Source: a bacterium (lineage in GTDB: Bacteria; Patescibacteriota; Microgenomatia; UBA1406; GWC2-37-13). Taken from it: a DNA stretch of 64,000 nt. The notes under the pieces are model-generated. The model saw only the letters and a program-made list of their open reading frames with translations, was not told the origin of the DNA and did no database searches. The translations under genes and the position numbers were made by a program. Below are positions 1-9,666 of this stretch, piece by piece (the stretch's first letter is position 1; each line of letters begins with the position of its first letter). Where the stretch lies: NCBI GenBank assembly GCA_043821785.1, contig JBDRCK010000037.1:17820-81819 (forward strand), given 5' to 3'.

Positions 1-1
1 T

Positions 2-1174
2 CATGAACTTATTAACCTTATAGAAAAACTTGGAGTTAAATGTGAATTTATTAGAAAAAACACACTTTATATTGATAATTCAGGATTAAGCAGTAATAAG
101 GTAGATCTTTTACACGCAGCAAAGACAAGAGTTTCTTTTATGCTTTTTGTTCCATTATTATATAAATTTGGAAGCTGTTTTATTCCCAACCCAGGAGGTT
201 GTAGAATTGGAGCAAGGCCTATTAATAGAGCAATAGCAGGTTTAAAAGCTCTTGGTGCAAATATAATCTATAATCATGCAACTGGTTATTATGAAGCAAA
301 GCTTACACAAAGTCCTAAAGGTGAGTATACTTTTAAAATACCTACACATACTGGAACAGAGTTATTAATGATGTTTTCCGTACTGTGTCAAGGGACTATT
401 ACTTTAAATAACGTTGCGCTTGAACCGGAGATAGATAATCTTATTAAATTTTTAAATGAATCAGGTGCGAGAATATGGAGAAAGAATGGCAAGATAATCA
501 TAAAAGGTGTTAAAGAATTGAGACAGAGAAAACCGTTCGCCATAGCATCAGATAGAAATGAAGCGATAACCTATGCGTCTGTTTGTATTGCTTCAAAAGG
601 ATCAGTAAAAATAAATAATATAAATAAATACGACATAAAATCTTTTACAGATAAGCTTTTAGAGTCTGGTTGCGGAGTGAATTTCCTTGATAAATCAACA
701 ATTGAGTTTTTTTATAAAAACGATATAAAAGGTGTAAATGTTGAAACAGGTCCGCATCCTGGCTTTATGACAGATTGGCAACCAAATTGGGCAGTTCTTA
801 TGACACAGGCTAAAGGGGACTCAGTTATACATGAGCGAGTTTATGAAAATAGATTTAGCTATGTACCTGAATTAACAAAGCTTGGAGCTAGTATAGATTT
901 TGTAGATCCTTTAATTACAGATCCAAAAGATTATTATTATTTTAATTATCGAGAATCAGAGGAATATAAACAAGCAATTACAATACATGGTGGAAATGAT
1001 CTTCATGGTGGAGCATTGGTAACCGCTGACTTAAGAGCAGGGGCTTCAATTGTATGTTGTTCTTTAATTGCAAAAGGCGAGTCAGTAATATACGGAGCTT
1101 CTATAATTGAAAGAGGATATGAGGATTTTGTTTCAAAGGTAAACAAACTTGGTGGAGATATTAAAAAAATTTAA
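2..1174 (+). CDS. murA: UDP-N-acetylglucosamine 1-carboxyvinyltransferase (5' partial; the ORF is open in frame from the window edge)
   Basis: Frame 2 is open from nt 2 (HELINLIEKLGVKCEF...), so the listed 140 start is internal. PGGCRIGARPI active-site Cys loop; two-domain enolpyruvyl transferase pattern; sits next to mraY/murD. Confidence 0.9.
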   Translation, partial: HELINLIEKLGVKCEFIRKNTLYIDNSGLSSNKVDLLHAAKTRVSFMLFVPLLYKFGSCFIPNPGGCRIGARPINRAIAGLKALGANIIYNHATGYYEAKLTQSPKGEYTFKIPTHTGTELLMMFSVLCQGTITLNNVALEPEIDNLIKFLNESGARIWRKNGKIIIKGVKELRQRKPFAIASDRNEAITYASVCIASKGSVKINNINKYDIKSFTDKLLESGCGVNFLDKSTIEFFYKNDIKGVNVETGPHPGFMTDWQPNWAVLMTQAKGDSVIHERVYENRFSYVPELTKLGASIDFVDPLITDPKDYYYFNYRESEEYKQAITIHGGNDLHGGALVTADLRAGASIVCCSLIAKGESVIYGASIIERGYEDFVSKVNKLGGDIKKI

Positions 1175-1176
1175 TG

Positions 1177-1204
1177 TGTATACTGTATGATGTATACTTA
1201 TAGT
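1177..1204 (+). repeat. Tandem heptamer array A (TGTATAC TGTATGA TGTATAC TTATAGT), ending 5 nt before the dgkA ATG
   Basis: Read directly from the sequence; exact 7-nt register. The last unit, TATAGT, resembles a -10 box. Confidence 0.6.
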
Positions 1205-1209
1205 AAATT

Positions 1210-1572
1210 ATGATTAAAAGACATCGAATAAGTATAAAAAACGCTTTTAACGGAGTTAAATGGGCTTTAAGTACTCAAGCAAATTATCGTATACATCTTT
1301 TTTTTTCTATTATTTCTTTGATCGCATCATGGTTTTTCAAAATAGGCTATTTTGAATTTATTATAATCATCTTACTTATAACTATTGGCCTTGTAATAGA
1401 AACTATAAATACTGGGATTGAGGCTACTACGGATGCAATTGATCAGAAATTTAGACATGATATAAAATTAGCTAAGGATGTTGCCGCAGCTTCTATGCTT
1501 ATATATGCTTTTGGAGCAACGATAATAGCTTTCATAATTTTTATACCTAAAATTATTAATTTATTTTTTTAG
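1210..1572 (+). CDS. dgkA: Diacylglycerol kinase / undecaprenol kinase family small membrane protein
   Basis: 120 aa with 3 TM segments. N-terminal RISIKNAFNGVKWA and central IETINTGIEATTDAI match the DgkA-family pattern (ELxNSAIEAVVD-like). Confidence 0.8.
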   Translation: MIKRHRISIKNAFNGVKWALSTQANYRIHLFFSIISLIASWFFKIGYFEFIIIILLITIGLVIETINTGIEATTDAIDQKFRHDIKLAKDVAAASMLIYAFGATIIAFIIFIPKIINLFF

Positions 1573-1582
1573 GAGACATATT

Positions 1583-2620
1583 ATGTCGATATACTTTTTT
1601 GCAATATTTGTTTCATTTTTAGTAAATAGTATTTTAATTGTTCCTTTTATAAACTTTCTTTACAAAATTAAATTTAGAAGGGCAAATCAATCCACAAAAG
1701 ATGCGTTTAATAAACGAACTCCCATCTTTGATAAATATAATAAGTCAAAAGTAGGTAGGCCTGTTGGAGGAGGAATACTGACTGTAGTTTTAACGGTAAT
1801 ACTTTTTACTTTTTTTCTTTTTTTATTCGTTGTTTTTGAAGAACCTTTAATAACTAATTTTCCATCATTTTCCTCAGAAATAAAAATTATTTTATTTAGC
1901 TTTATTAGTTTTGCTTTTTTAGGAATTTACGATGATTTAAATAAAATATTTTTTTGGAAGAAAAAAGATTTTTTTGGTCTCAGATTAAGACATAAGCTTA
2001 TTATAGAAATTATATTAGCTGGGATAGTATCGTGGTGGTTATTTAATGATTTAAAGATAAATATTATTCATATACCTTTTTTTGGTGTTTACAATTTGTC
2101 GTATTTATATATCATTTTTTCAACGTTTACGATTGTTGCTTTTGCTAACGCTGTCAATATTACAGACGGTGTAGACGGACTTGCTTCAGGTGTATTGTTA
2201 ATAACATTACTTAGCTTTTGGGTCATAGCATACACTATAATTGATGTTCCTACTCTTCTGTTTTTAGCTGTTTGGATAGGTGGAATAATAGCCTTTTTAT
2301 ATTTTAATATATACCCAGCTAGACTGTTTTTGGGTGATGCGGGTGCCTTATCCTTTGGAGCGACTTTTGCAGTGATAGGTCTTATTCTTGGAAAAGCATT
2401 AGCGCTTCCTATCATTGGTGGAGTTTTTGTAATTGAAATACTTTCTTCATTAATACAGCTTTTGAGTAAAAAGTTTTTTAAAAGAAAGGCTTTTAGTGTA
2501 GCACCATTTCATTTATGGCTTCAAAATAGATCTTGGGATGAACCAAAGATAGTTATGCGAATGTGGGTAATATCAATACTTTTTTCAGTCTTTGGTCTAA
2601 TGATAGCTTTTCTGAAATAA
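1583..2620 (+). CDS. mraY: Phospho-N-acetylmuramoyl-pentapeptide transferase
   Basis: Polytopic membrane protein. NAVNITDGVDGLASG and LGDAGALSFGA motifs are typical of MraY/PNPT. GGAG Shine-Dalgarno upstream. Confidence 0.95.
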   Translation: MSIYFFAIFVSFLVNSILIVPFINFLYKIKFRRANQSTKDAFNKRTPIFDKYNKSKVGRPVGGGILTVVLTVILFTFFLFLFVVFEEPLITNFPSFSSEIKIILFSFISFAFLGIYDDLNKIFFWKKKDFFGLRLRHKLIIEIILAGIVSWWLFNDLKINIIHIPFFGVYNLSYLYIIFSTFTIVAFANAVNITDGVDGLASGVLLITLLSFWVIAYTIIDVPTLLFLAVWIGGIIAFLYFNIYPARLFLGDAGALSFGATFAVIGLILGKALALPIIGGVFVIEILSSLIQLLSKKFFKRKAFSVAPFHLWLQNRSWDEPKIVMRMWVISILFSVFGLMIAFLK

Positions 2621-2775
2621 TTTTTAATTTTGTAAATTCAAAAGAAGTTCAATATCAAATTTCTTGACTCACAAAGGAGCCCTACCTCGATTTCTCGAGG
2701 TTCCCAGTTCGCAAAAAAATGATATTTTCACTTCTTTTTTATAAATCTAACTTTATTATCTTATGAGACTTGTAA

Positions 2776-4128
2776 ATGTTAAAATTAGATATGAATATGG
2801 GTCTAATGGAAGAATTGAGAAATAAGTTTGAAGGAAAAAAAGCATTGATGGTAGGGCTAGGTTTACAGGGAGGTGGAGTTGGGTTGATTCGTTTTTTCTG
2901 CAATTTAGGCTCTCATGTAACGGTAACTGATTTAAAATCTAACATAGAGCTTTCAGATACAATAGATAATCTTAAAGATTTAAATATTACATATTCGTTA
3001 AATGGTCATAAGTTAAAAGATTTTTTAAATGCAGATATTATTTTTAAAGGTCCAAGTGTTCCATGGGACTTAGATCATCTAAAACAAGCAGAAAATAAAG
3101 GTATTCCAATTGAAATGGAGGTTTCTTTTACAGCTTCCTATTTGAAATCAAAGATAATAGGAGTTACTGGTACAAGAGGGAAAACTACAACTACGGAAAT
3201 GATCTGTTCTTTTTTAAAAAAAACAGATAAAAAAATACATAAAGCAGGAAACATAAGCGGTGTGTCTACTATAAAACTTTTAGAGACTGCAGAAAAAGAT
3301 GATTTAGTAGTACTAGAGCTGTCCTCGTGGGCACTATCAGGTTTTCATAAAAAGAAAATAAGTCCTCATATTGCAGTGTTTACTAATTTATTTCCGGATC
3401 ACCTTAATTATTATAAAACTATGGAAGATTATTTCTATGATAAAAGCGCAATCTTTTTGTATCAAAATCAAAGCGATTATTTATTTTTAAATAAAAACTT
3501 GAAAGAGACGGTAAGCAGGCTTGAGATAAAAAGCAAGAAAATTTTTTTTGATAAAGACGATTTTGATCAGGATTTTAAATATCTAAAAGGTAATCATAAT
3601 AAAGAAAATGCAGCTGTGGCTTATTTAGTTTCACAGTTGTTCAAAATAGATAACATGATAGCATTAAAAACACTTCAAGGTTTTAAATCAGTACAATATA
3701 GACAGGAATTAATAAAACAGATCGGAGTTATAAGCTTTATAAACGACTCAACATCAACGACTCCAACTTCAACAATAAAAGCAGTAGAGGCCTTTAATGA
3801 TAAAGCTGTTGTTCTTATATTAGGAGGACAAACTAAAAAACTTCCTATTAAGTTTTTACTTGAAAAAATGTCAAGCATAGAATTTATTGTTTTATTGAAA
3901 GGTAGTTTTACTGATGAAATTTATCAGGAATTAAAAACAAAATACAAAAATAAAATGTCACCTATATTTAACAATTTAAATGAAGCAGTTAAGTTTGCAT
4001 ATATTAAAACCTTAGGTTTGCAAAAAGAATGCTACGTTATATTTTCTCCAGGCGCAACTTCTTTTGCAATGTTTAAAAACGAGTTTGATAGAGGGAACAA
4101 ATTCAATGAATATGTGGAAAGGTTATAA
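2776..4128 (+). CDS. murD: UDP-N-acetylmuramoylalanine--D-glutamate ligase
   Basis: GVTGTRGKTTTTEMI P-loop, Mur ligase middle and C-terminal domains, N-terminal Rossmann GLGLQGGG; position mraY-murD-ftsW. Confidence 0.9.
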   Translation: MLKLDMNMGLMEELRNKFEGKKALMVGLGLQGGGVGLIRFFCNLGSHVTVTDLKSNIELSDTIDNLKDLNITYSLNGHKLKDFLNADIIFKGPSVPWDLDHLKQAENKGIPIEMEVSFTASYLKSKIIGVTGTRGKTTTTEMICSFLKKTDKKIHKAGNISGVSTIKLLETAEKDDLVVLELSSWALSGFHKKKISPHIAVFTNLFPDHLNYYKTMEDYFYDKSAIFLYQNQSDYLFLNKNLKETVSRLEIKSKKIFFDKDDFDQDFKYLKGNHNKENAAVAYLVSQLFKIDNMIALKTLQGFKSVQYRQELIKQIGVISFINDSTSTTPTSTIKAVEAFNDKAVVLILGGQTKKLPIKFLLEKMSSIEFIVLLKGSFTDEIYQELKTKYKNKMSPIFNNLNEAVKFAYIKTLGLQKECYVIFSPGATSFAMFKNEFDRGNKFNEYVERL

Positions 4129-5182
4129 AAACATTTTTTTATTTTCTCTCGTCTTATCTTTAATAGGTTTATTTTTTGTTTTTGAAGCATCTTCAGTAAA
4201 AGGCTTTAGTGAATATTCAGATTCGTTTCATTTCTTTAAATTGCAATCAATTTGGATTTGTTCAGGTTTAGTTTTAATGTTTATCTTTTCAAAATTTGAT
4301 TATCATAAACTTTATTATCTTGCCTTTCCTCTGATGTTGGGAACAATTTTTCTGCTTATGTTTGTATTAATACCAGGAATTGGATCCTCAGTAGGAGGCG
4401 CAAGAAGATGGATAGATTTTGGAATAATTAATATTCAACCGACGGAAATAGCAAAATTTTCTGTAATAATCTATCTTTCTTCGTGGTTTCTTAACCGAGA
4501 AAGAAAGAGGTTTGCGTCGTTTGTAGGTCTTTTGTCAGTATTAATGTTTTTGATTATTTTACAGCCAGACTTAGGAACAGCAATTATTGTATTTTCAATA
4601 AGTGTAATTATTTATTTTATTGCAGGTATTCAGATATATTACTTGTTTTTATTTGTACCTGTAGCTGCGGTTGCATTTTATTTACTTATTCATATATCTC
4701 CATATAGATTTCGACGTTTAACAGCCTTTTTAAATCCTTCTTCTGATCCATTGGGAATCGGTTATCATATTAATCAAATATTAATTTCTTTAAGTAATGG
4801 GGGATTATTTGGTCTTGGATTTGGTATCTCAAAACAAAAATATCTTTATCTTCCAGAAGCCCATACGGATTCTATTTTCGCAATTATAAGCGAAGAGTTT
4901 GGTTTTATAGGAGGCTTTATATTAATATGTGCTTTTGTGGCTCTTTTGTATAAAATTTACGTTATAGCATATAGTGCATCTGATAGATTTGGAAGATATC
5001 TGGCAGGTGGTATTCTTGCATATTTTGGATTACAAGTTATTATTAATTTAGGAGGAATGATTAACTTGTTTCCATTAACAGGGGTTCCTTTACCGTTTAT
5101 ATCTTATGGAGGATCAAGTTTACTAATTTCTTTTATTTTAGTTGGAATAGTTATAAATATAGCTAAAAAAATTAAGCGTTAA
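4106..5182 (+). CDS. ftsW: SEDS-family peptidoglycan polymerase, division type (FtsW)
   Basis: About 10 TM segments. RRWIDFG..IQPTEIAKF, PEAHTDSIFA and PFISYGGSS are SEDS motifs. The ATG at 4106 is preferred over the listed 4064 start, which lies deep inside murD. Confidence 0.85.
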   Translation: MNMWKGYKNIFLFSLVLSLIGLFFVFEASSVKGFSEYSDSFHFFKLQSIWICSGLVLMFIFSKFDYHKLYYLAFPLMLGTIFLLMFVLIPGIGSSVGGARRWIDFGIINIQPTEIAKFSVIIYLSSWFLNRERKRFASFVGLLSVLMFLIILQPDLGTAIIVFSISVIIYFIAGIQIYYLFLFVPVAAVAFYLLIHISPYRFRRLTAFLNPSSDPLGIGYHINQILISLSNGGLFGLGFGISKQKYLYLPEAHTDSIFAIISEEFGFIGGFILICAFVALLYKIYVIAYSASDRFGRYLAGGILAYFGLQVIINLGGMINLFPLTGVPLPFISYGGSSLLISFILVGIVINIAKKIKR

Positions 5183-5183
5183 T

Positions 5184-6275
5184 ATGAAAATTTTAATTAC
5201 TGGTGGTCATTATACTCCTGCTCTTGCAGTTATTGAAGAATTAAAAGGGCACGAAATTATTTTTGTAGGAAGAAAATATTCCCTTGAAAGCGAACTTACA
5301 GAATCTCCAGAATATAAAGAGGTACGAGCTAAAGGGATTAAATTTATATCTCTTCATACGGGAAAATTAAATAGATTTATATCTTTAGGTTTAATAATTA
5401 ATATATTTCGGATTTTTAAAGGTTTGAAACAGTCAAAAGAAATTATTGAAACAGAAAAACCTGATTTAGTATTGAGTTTTGGAAGTTATTTAGCGGTTCC
5501 AATTGCATATAACGCTTGGTTAAACAAAATTCCAGTTTTTACACATGAACAGACTTTAAGACCAGGACTTTCAAATAGAATAATATCGCTTATATCCAAA
5601 AAAGTGTTTATCTCATTTGATAAAACGATAAGATATTTTCCCAGAAATAAAGTTATATTAACTGGAAATCCTATTAGGACCGTTATACATAACTCAAAAA
5701 GTAAAAAGTTACACATAAAATCTAAAAGGAAAACAATTTTTATAACAGGAGGCTCTTTGGGATCGCATAGTATAAATGAAGTAACTTATAAAATTTTAAA
5801 GAAATTATTATTAAAATATTACGTAATTCACCAAACAGGGAGCGTTAAAGAATTTAATGATTATGATAGACTTATTTCCTTTAAAAGAAGATTAAATAGA
5901 AATTTAAAAAAGAATTATCATTTAGTACAACATTTTGATGAATCATTAATGGGAGAGGCTTATTCTAAATCAGATATTTTAGTCTCTAGAGCTGGAGCAA
6001 ATACTGTATTCGAGATAATTTCTTTAAATAAGCCAGTTATTTTTATTCCGCTTCCATGGTCTGCTAATAAAGAACAACAAAAACAAGCTGAGTTTTTAAA
6101 AGAAGTAGGAGTGTGTGAGGTTTTTTATCAAAACAAAAATCCGTTAAAGTTATATAAACTTATTGAAAAGGTTATAAACGATATTCCAACATATAAACAG
6201 AATTTTAAAAAACTAAATTATTTATATAAAAAAAATGCCGCACAGAAAATTGCAAGCGAAATTCTCAAAACTTAA
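5184..6275 (+). CDS. murG: Undecaprenyl-PP-MurNAc-pentapeptide GlcNAc transferase
   Basis: N-terminal ITGGHYTPALAV, GGSLGS and RAGANTVFE motifs of GT28 MurG; dcw synteny. Confidence 0.9.
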   Translation: MKILITGGHYTPALAVIEELKGHEIIFVGRKYSLESELTESPEYKEVRAKGIKFISLHTGKLNRFISLGLIINIFRIFKGLKQSKEIIETEKPDLVLSFGSYLAVPIAYNAWLNKIPVFTHEQTLRPGLSNRIISLISKKVFISFDKTIRYFPRNKVILTGNPIRTVIHNSKSKKLHIKSKRKTIFITGGSLGSHSINEVTYKILKKLLLKYYVIHQTGSVKEFNDYDRLISFKRRLNRNLKKNYHLVQHFDESLMGEAYSKSDILVSRAGANTVFEIISLNKPVIFIPLPWSANKEQQKQAEFLKEVGVCEVFYQNKNPLKLYKLIEKVINDIPTYKQNFKKLNYLYKKNAAQKIASEILKT

Positions 6276-6972
6276 GACTACTATATTATTTATTTCTTTA
6301 GTTTTTTTCTTCTTTTGTCTTATATATTTTATATTTATGTTTTTTAAAATAAAAAGTATAAAAGTTATACCAAATTCAAAAAAATTGGTAAATAATATTG
6401 ATGGATTACACTTGGTAGAAGGTTCAAACTTGTTCTTATTGAATACCAATAAATTTATTAATTATTTACAAGAGTCAAACCCAGAGTTATCGAATGTAAA
6501 TATTCAAAAACAGTATCCAAATACATTAAAAATATTTTATAAGTTAAAAGAACCTATAGCTTTTATTAAAACAAATAATGGTTATCTTTACCTTTCTGAT
6601 GGTGCAAAAATTTTATCCAAAGTAAAAAAGATTGATTCTAAAAAAAAGTTAACTGAAATTTTATACTATCAAATTTTCGATTATTCAATCAATTCTATAG
6701 GTGATACGTTGGATTTTACGGATATAAGATATTCTTTAGAATTCTTAAAAAAAATAAAAAATTTTGAATTAGTAGTTGAAAGCATTGATATTAACAGTCC
6801 GAGTATGATACGATTAAATTTAAACAAGTCGGTTGTTATATTTACAACAGAAAAGGATATCGACGGTCAAATAAATAATTTGGATAAAATTATTAGACAA
6901 TTTAAAGTCGAAGGTAAATCTTTTAGTTTATTAGATTTAAGATTTGATAAACCAATTTTAAAACTCAATTAA
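6235..6972 (+). CDS. ftsQ: Cell division protein FtsQ/DivIB-like (single N-terminal TM plus POTRA-like domain)
   Basis: Bitopic topology, size, and position directly upstream of ftsA-ftsZ. Sequence motifs are weak. Confidence 0.6.
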   Translation: MPHRKLQAKFSKLKTTILFISLVFFFFCLIYFIFMFFKIKSIKVIPNSKKLVNNIDGLHLVEGSNLFLLNTNKFINYLQESNPELSNVNIQKQYPNTLKIFYKLKEPIAFIKTNNGYLYLSDGAKILSKVKKIDSKKKLTEILYYQIFDYSINSIGDTLDFTDIRYSLEFLKKIKNFELVVESIDINSPSMIRLNLNKSVVIFTTEKDIDGQINNLDKIIRQFKVEGKSFSLLDLRFDKPILKLN

Positions 6973-6973
6973 A

Positions 6974-8242
6974 ATGTCAGATGAATTAATTTGCGGAATA
7001 GATGTAGGTAGTACTAAAGTTTCAACTATAGTATCTGTACAACCTAAAGATGAAGAAAAATTACGAATTGTAGGTTTTGACGTTACTCGTTCTAAAGGAG
7101 TAAAAAGAGGTCTTATTGTCGATATTGATCAAGTTACAGAGTCAGTAGAGGAAAGTGTAGAAAAAGCTGAAAGAATGGTCGGCAAAAAGATTTCAAGTGC
7201 CTACGTATCTGTTGGAGGTCCTCATATATCTTCGATGAACTCACAGGGCGTCGTAGCTGTATCAGATCCACAAGGAGAAATTAACGAACAGGATGTAGGA
7301 AGAGTAGTAGAAGCTGCAAGAGCTGTGTCTTTATCCAATACAAAACAAATTATTGAAGTAATTCCAAGAGGTTTTACGGTGGATGGTCAGGAAGGTATAA
7401 AAAATCCAATAGGGATGAGTGGTGTAAGGCTTGAAGTTGAAACTCACATAATAACTGCGTCTTTAACAAATTTAAAAAATTTAGATAGGTGTCTTTCAGA
7501 TTTAGGTATAGGAAACGATGGTTTTATTTTCTCTGGTTTAGCTTCCGCACAAGCTGTTTTGTCAGAAACAGACAGAGAGCTTGGTGTAGTTTTAGTTGAT
7601 ATTGGTGGTGGAAAAACTGATATATGTATTTATGACGATGGATCTCTTGCTTATTCTAGCTCTATTCCAATTGGAGCGAGACATATTACAAACGATATAG
7701 CTGTTGGTTTGCGAGTTTCATTAGATACTGCAGAAAAAATTAAATTATATTTAAGTAAAGAAGATAAAGAAGGAAAAAATGAAGAAAGTCAAAAAGAAAA
7801 ATACGACCTTACAAAGTTAGATATACCAGAAAAAATAGAATCAATGTCAGCAAAAACAGTTATAGATGGAATAATTGGAGCAAGAATTGAAGAAATTTAT
7901 AAAATGATAGGAGAAGAAGTAGAGAAGAGCGATTTTGGTAATGAAATTCCAGCAGGCATTGTGATGACAGGGGGTGGAGCTTTGACAATCGGAATGACTG
8001 AAATTGGGAAAAAGGTGTTAGGTTTACCACTTCGAATTGGAAGACCAGAAAACATAACAGGATTGATAGATGAAATAATCGAGCCCCAATATGCAACTAC
8101 AACAGGTTTGATTTTGTATGGTAAAAAAAATATAATTGACATTAATAGAGGAATGCTGAAATTTAATAAAATTTTAAAAGATTTTTCTTTTGGTAACACG
8201 TTTAATAAATTTAAGGAGATTATAAAGCAGTTTATTCCATAA
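6974..8242 (+). CDS. ftsA: Cell division protein FtsA (actin-like ATPase)
   Basis: GIDVGSTKV phosphate-1, VDIGGGKTD phosphate-2, MTGGGA adenosine motif, C-terminal amphipathic tail. Confidence 0.9.
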   Translation: MSDELICGIDVGSTKVSTIVSVQPKDEEKLRIVGFDVTRSKGVKRGLIVDIDQVTESVEESVEKAERMVGKKISSAYVSVGGPHISSMNSQGVVAVSDPQGEINEQDVGRVVEAARAVSLSNTKQIIEVIPRGFTVDGQEGIKNPIGMSGVRLEVETHIITASLTNLKNLDRCLSDLGIGNDGFIFSGLASAQAVLSETDRELGVVLVDIGGGKTDICIYDDGSLAYSSSIPIGARHITNDIAVGLRVSLDTAEKIKLYLSKEDKEGKNEESQKEKYDLTKLDIPEKIESMSAKTVIDGIIGARIEEIYKMIGEEVEKSDFGNEIPAGIVMTGGGALTIGMTEIGKKVLGLPLRIGRPENITGLIDEIIEPQYATTTGLILYGKKNIIDINRGMLKFNKILKDFSFGNTFNKFKEIIKQFIP

Positions 8243-8243
8243 T

Positions 8244-9404
8244 ATGCTTATAAAACCAAATGCAGGTCAACCAGCAAAAATTAAAGTAATAGGAATTGGA
8301 GGAGCAGGAGGTAACGTAATTAACTCAATGTTGGAGGATGATGGAATTAATGGTGTTGAATTCATTGTTATAAACACAGATGCACAGGCGCTTTTAAACA
8401 ATAAAGCTTCAATAAAAATACAAATTGGTGAAAATTTAACTAAAGGACTTGGTTCTGGAGGAAATCCTGAAGTTGGAAAAGAAGCTGCGGAAGAATCAAG
8501 AGAACTTTTAAAAGACGAAATTGGAGCTGCAGACATGATTTTTATAGCATGTGGAGAAGGAGGAGGGACTGGAACAGGAGCTTCTCCAATAATAGCTGAG
8601 ATTGCAAAAGAAACAGGAGCACTTACTGTGGCCGTTGTTACAAAACCTTTTGATTTTGAGGGAACTAAGAGAAAATTTGTAGCTGAAGATGGTATTCAAG
8701 CTCTTCAAGATAAAGTTGATACTTTAATAATTGTCCCTAACCAAAGAGTTCTTCAAATAGTTGATAAAAAAACGCCAATTCTAGAGGCATTTAAAAAAAT
8801 TGACTCGGTACTTCATAATGGAGTTAAAGGAATTGCTGAATTAATAATGTTGCCAGGATTAATTAACGTTGATTTTGCAGATGTAAAAACAATAATGACA
8901 AATGCTGGTACAGCTCTTATGGGCATTGGAGTTGCTTCTGGCGAAAAACGAGCTCTTATGGCCATAAAACAAGCAATATCTTCACCTTTACTTGATATTT
9001 CAATAGATGGCTCAAAAGGGGTATTGTTTAATATAGTTGGAGGAACTGATTTAACAATGAGTGAAATTGACGAAGCAGTTTCTATTATTTCAAAAAGTGT
9101 TGATCATGACGCTGATATTATATTTGGAGCAGCAATAGATGAGAAAATGCTTGATCAAATAAAGATTACATTAATAGCAACAAAATTTGATGATAGTAAA
9201 GTAAAAATGTTTAGATTTAGAAAAGAAGACGAAGATAAACCTAAAGAAGAGAAAAATGAGGAAGTAACTATCGAATCATTACAAAAAGAAGATATAGAAA
9301 ATGCAAAAAAAGATGACTCTATTGTTGAAGATCAAATAGAAGAAGATGAGTTTTTAGAAGAAGACTCAGAGTTTAATATCCCAGCATTTCTTAGAAAAAA
9401 ATAA
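8244..9404 (+). CDS. ftsZ: Cell division GTPase FtsZ
   Basis: GIGGAGGN and GGGTGTGA tubulin signature, acidic linker, C-terminal [10 protein letters not shown] peptide. Confidence 0.97.
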   Translation: MLIKPNAGQPAKIKVIGIGGAGGNVINSMLEDDGINGVEFIVINTDAQALLNNKASIKIQIGENLTKGLGSGGNPEVGKEAAEESRELLKDEIGAADMIFIACGEGGGTGTGASPIIAEIAKETGALTVAVVTKPFDFEGTKRKFVAEDGIQALQDKVDTLIIVPNQRVLQIVDKKTPILEAFKKIDSVLHNGVKGIAELIMLPGLINVDFADVKTIMTNAGTALMGIGVASGEKRALMAIKQAISSPLLDISIDGSKGVLFNIVGGTDLTMSEIDEAVSIISKSVDHDADIIFGAAIDEKMLDQIKITLIATKFDDSKVKMFRFRKEDEDKPKEEKNEEVTIESLQKEDIENAKKDDSIVEDQIEEDEFLEEDSEFNIPAFLRKK

Positions 9405-9652
9405 TAATTTATTTCATAAACTTTTTAAGTTTTTTATTATAAACCCAGTTTTGAATTTAATATATACAGTCCTATAACTAATATTTTTTTAACAGAAAGC
9501 ATTTAATATATAAAATTGATTATCTTGTTGTAGTAGGTCATATCAAACATAACATTACACATTTATGCCACGATCGTGGTCAAAAGGTGTTATTTTGTAT
9601 CCGTCCGATAGTTTAATAGTTACTAAATCTTTAATTACATGGAGCTATAAAC

Positions 9653-9658
9653 TATAAT
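9653..9658 (+). promoter_or_regulatory. Candidate -10 box (TATAAT) 8 nt upstream of the ileS ATG, with no Shine-Dalgarno in between
   Basis: TATAAT followed by TAAACTCA and then ATG at 9667. Confidence 0.35.
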
Positions 9659-9666
9659 TAAACTCA

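Noticed and set aside
2089-2415. Antisense or alternative-frame ORFs of 60-130 aa inside confident genes (e.g. 2089-2415, 3675-3878, 5486-5716, 7860-8199, 8267-8708, 10893-11105, 31560-31772, 38417-38671, 46418-46699, 52089-52397, 56821-57374, 57528-58274)
   Set aside because: They are fully nested in or opposite well-supported conserved genes, give low-complexity translations with no motifs, and are expected by chance in AT-rich DNA with few stop-free constraints on the opposite strand.
9405-9666. Possible T-box riboswitch leader upstream of ileS
   Set aside because: I looked for the conserved T-box sequence (AANNNGGGTGGTACCGCG-like) and a specifier/terminator arrangement and did not find them. 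Only a palindrome and a -10-like box are visible. An Rfam scan would be needed to exclude a divergent leader.
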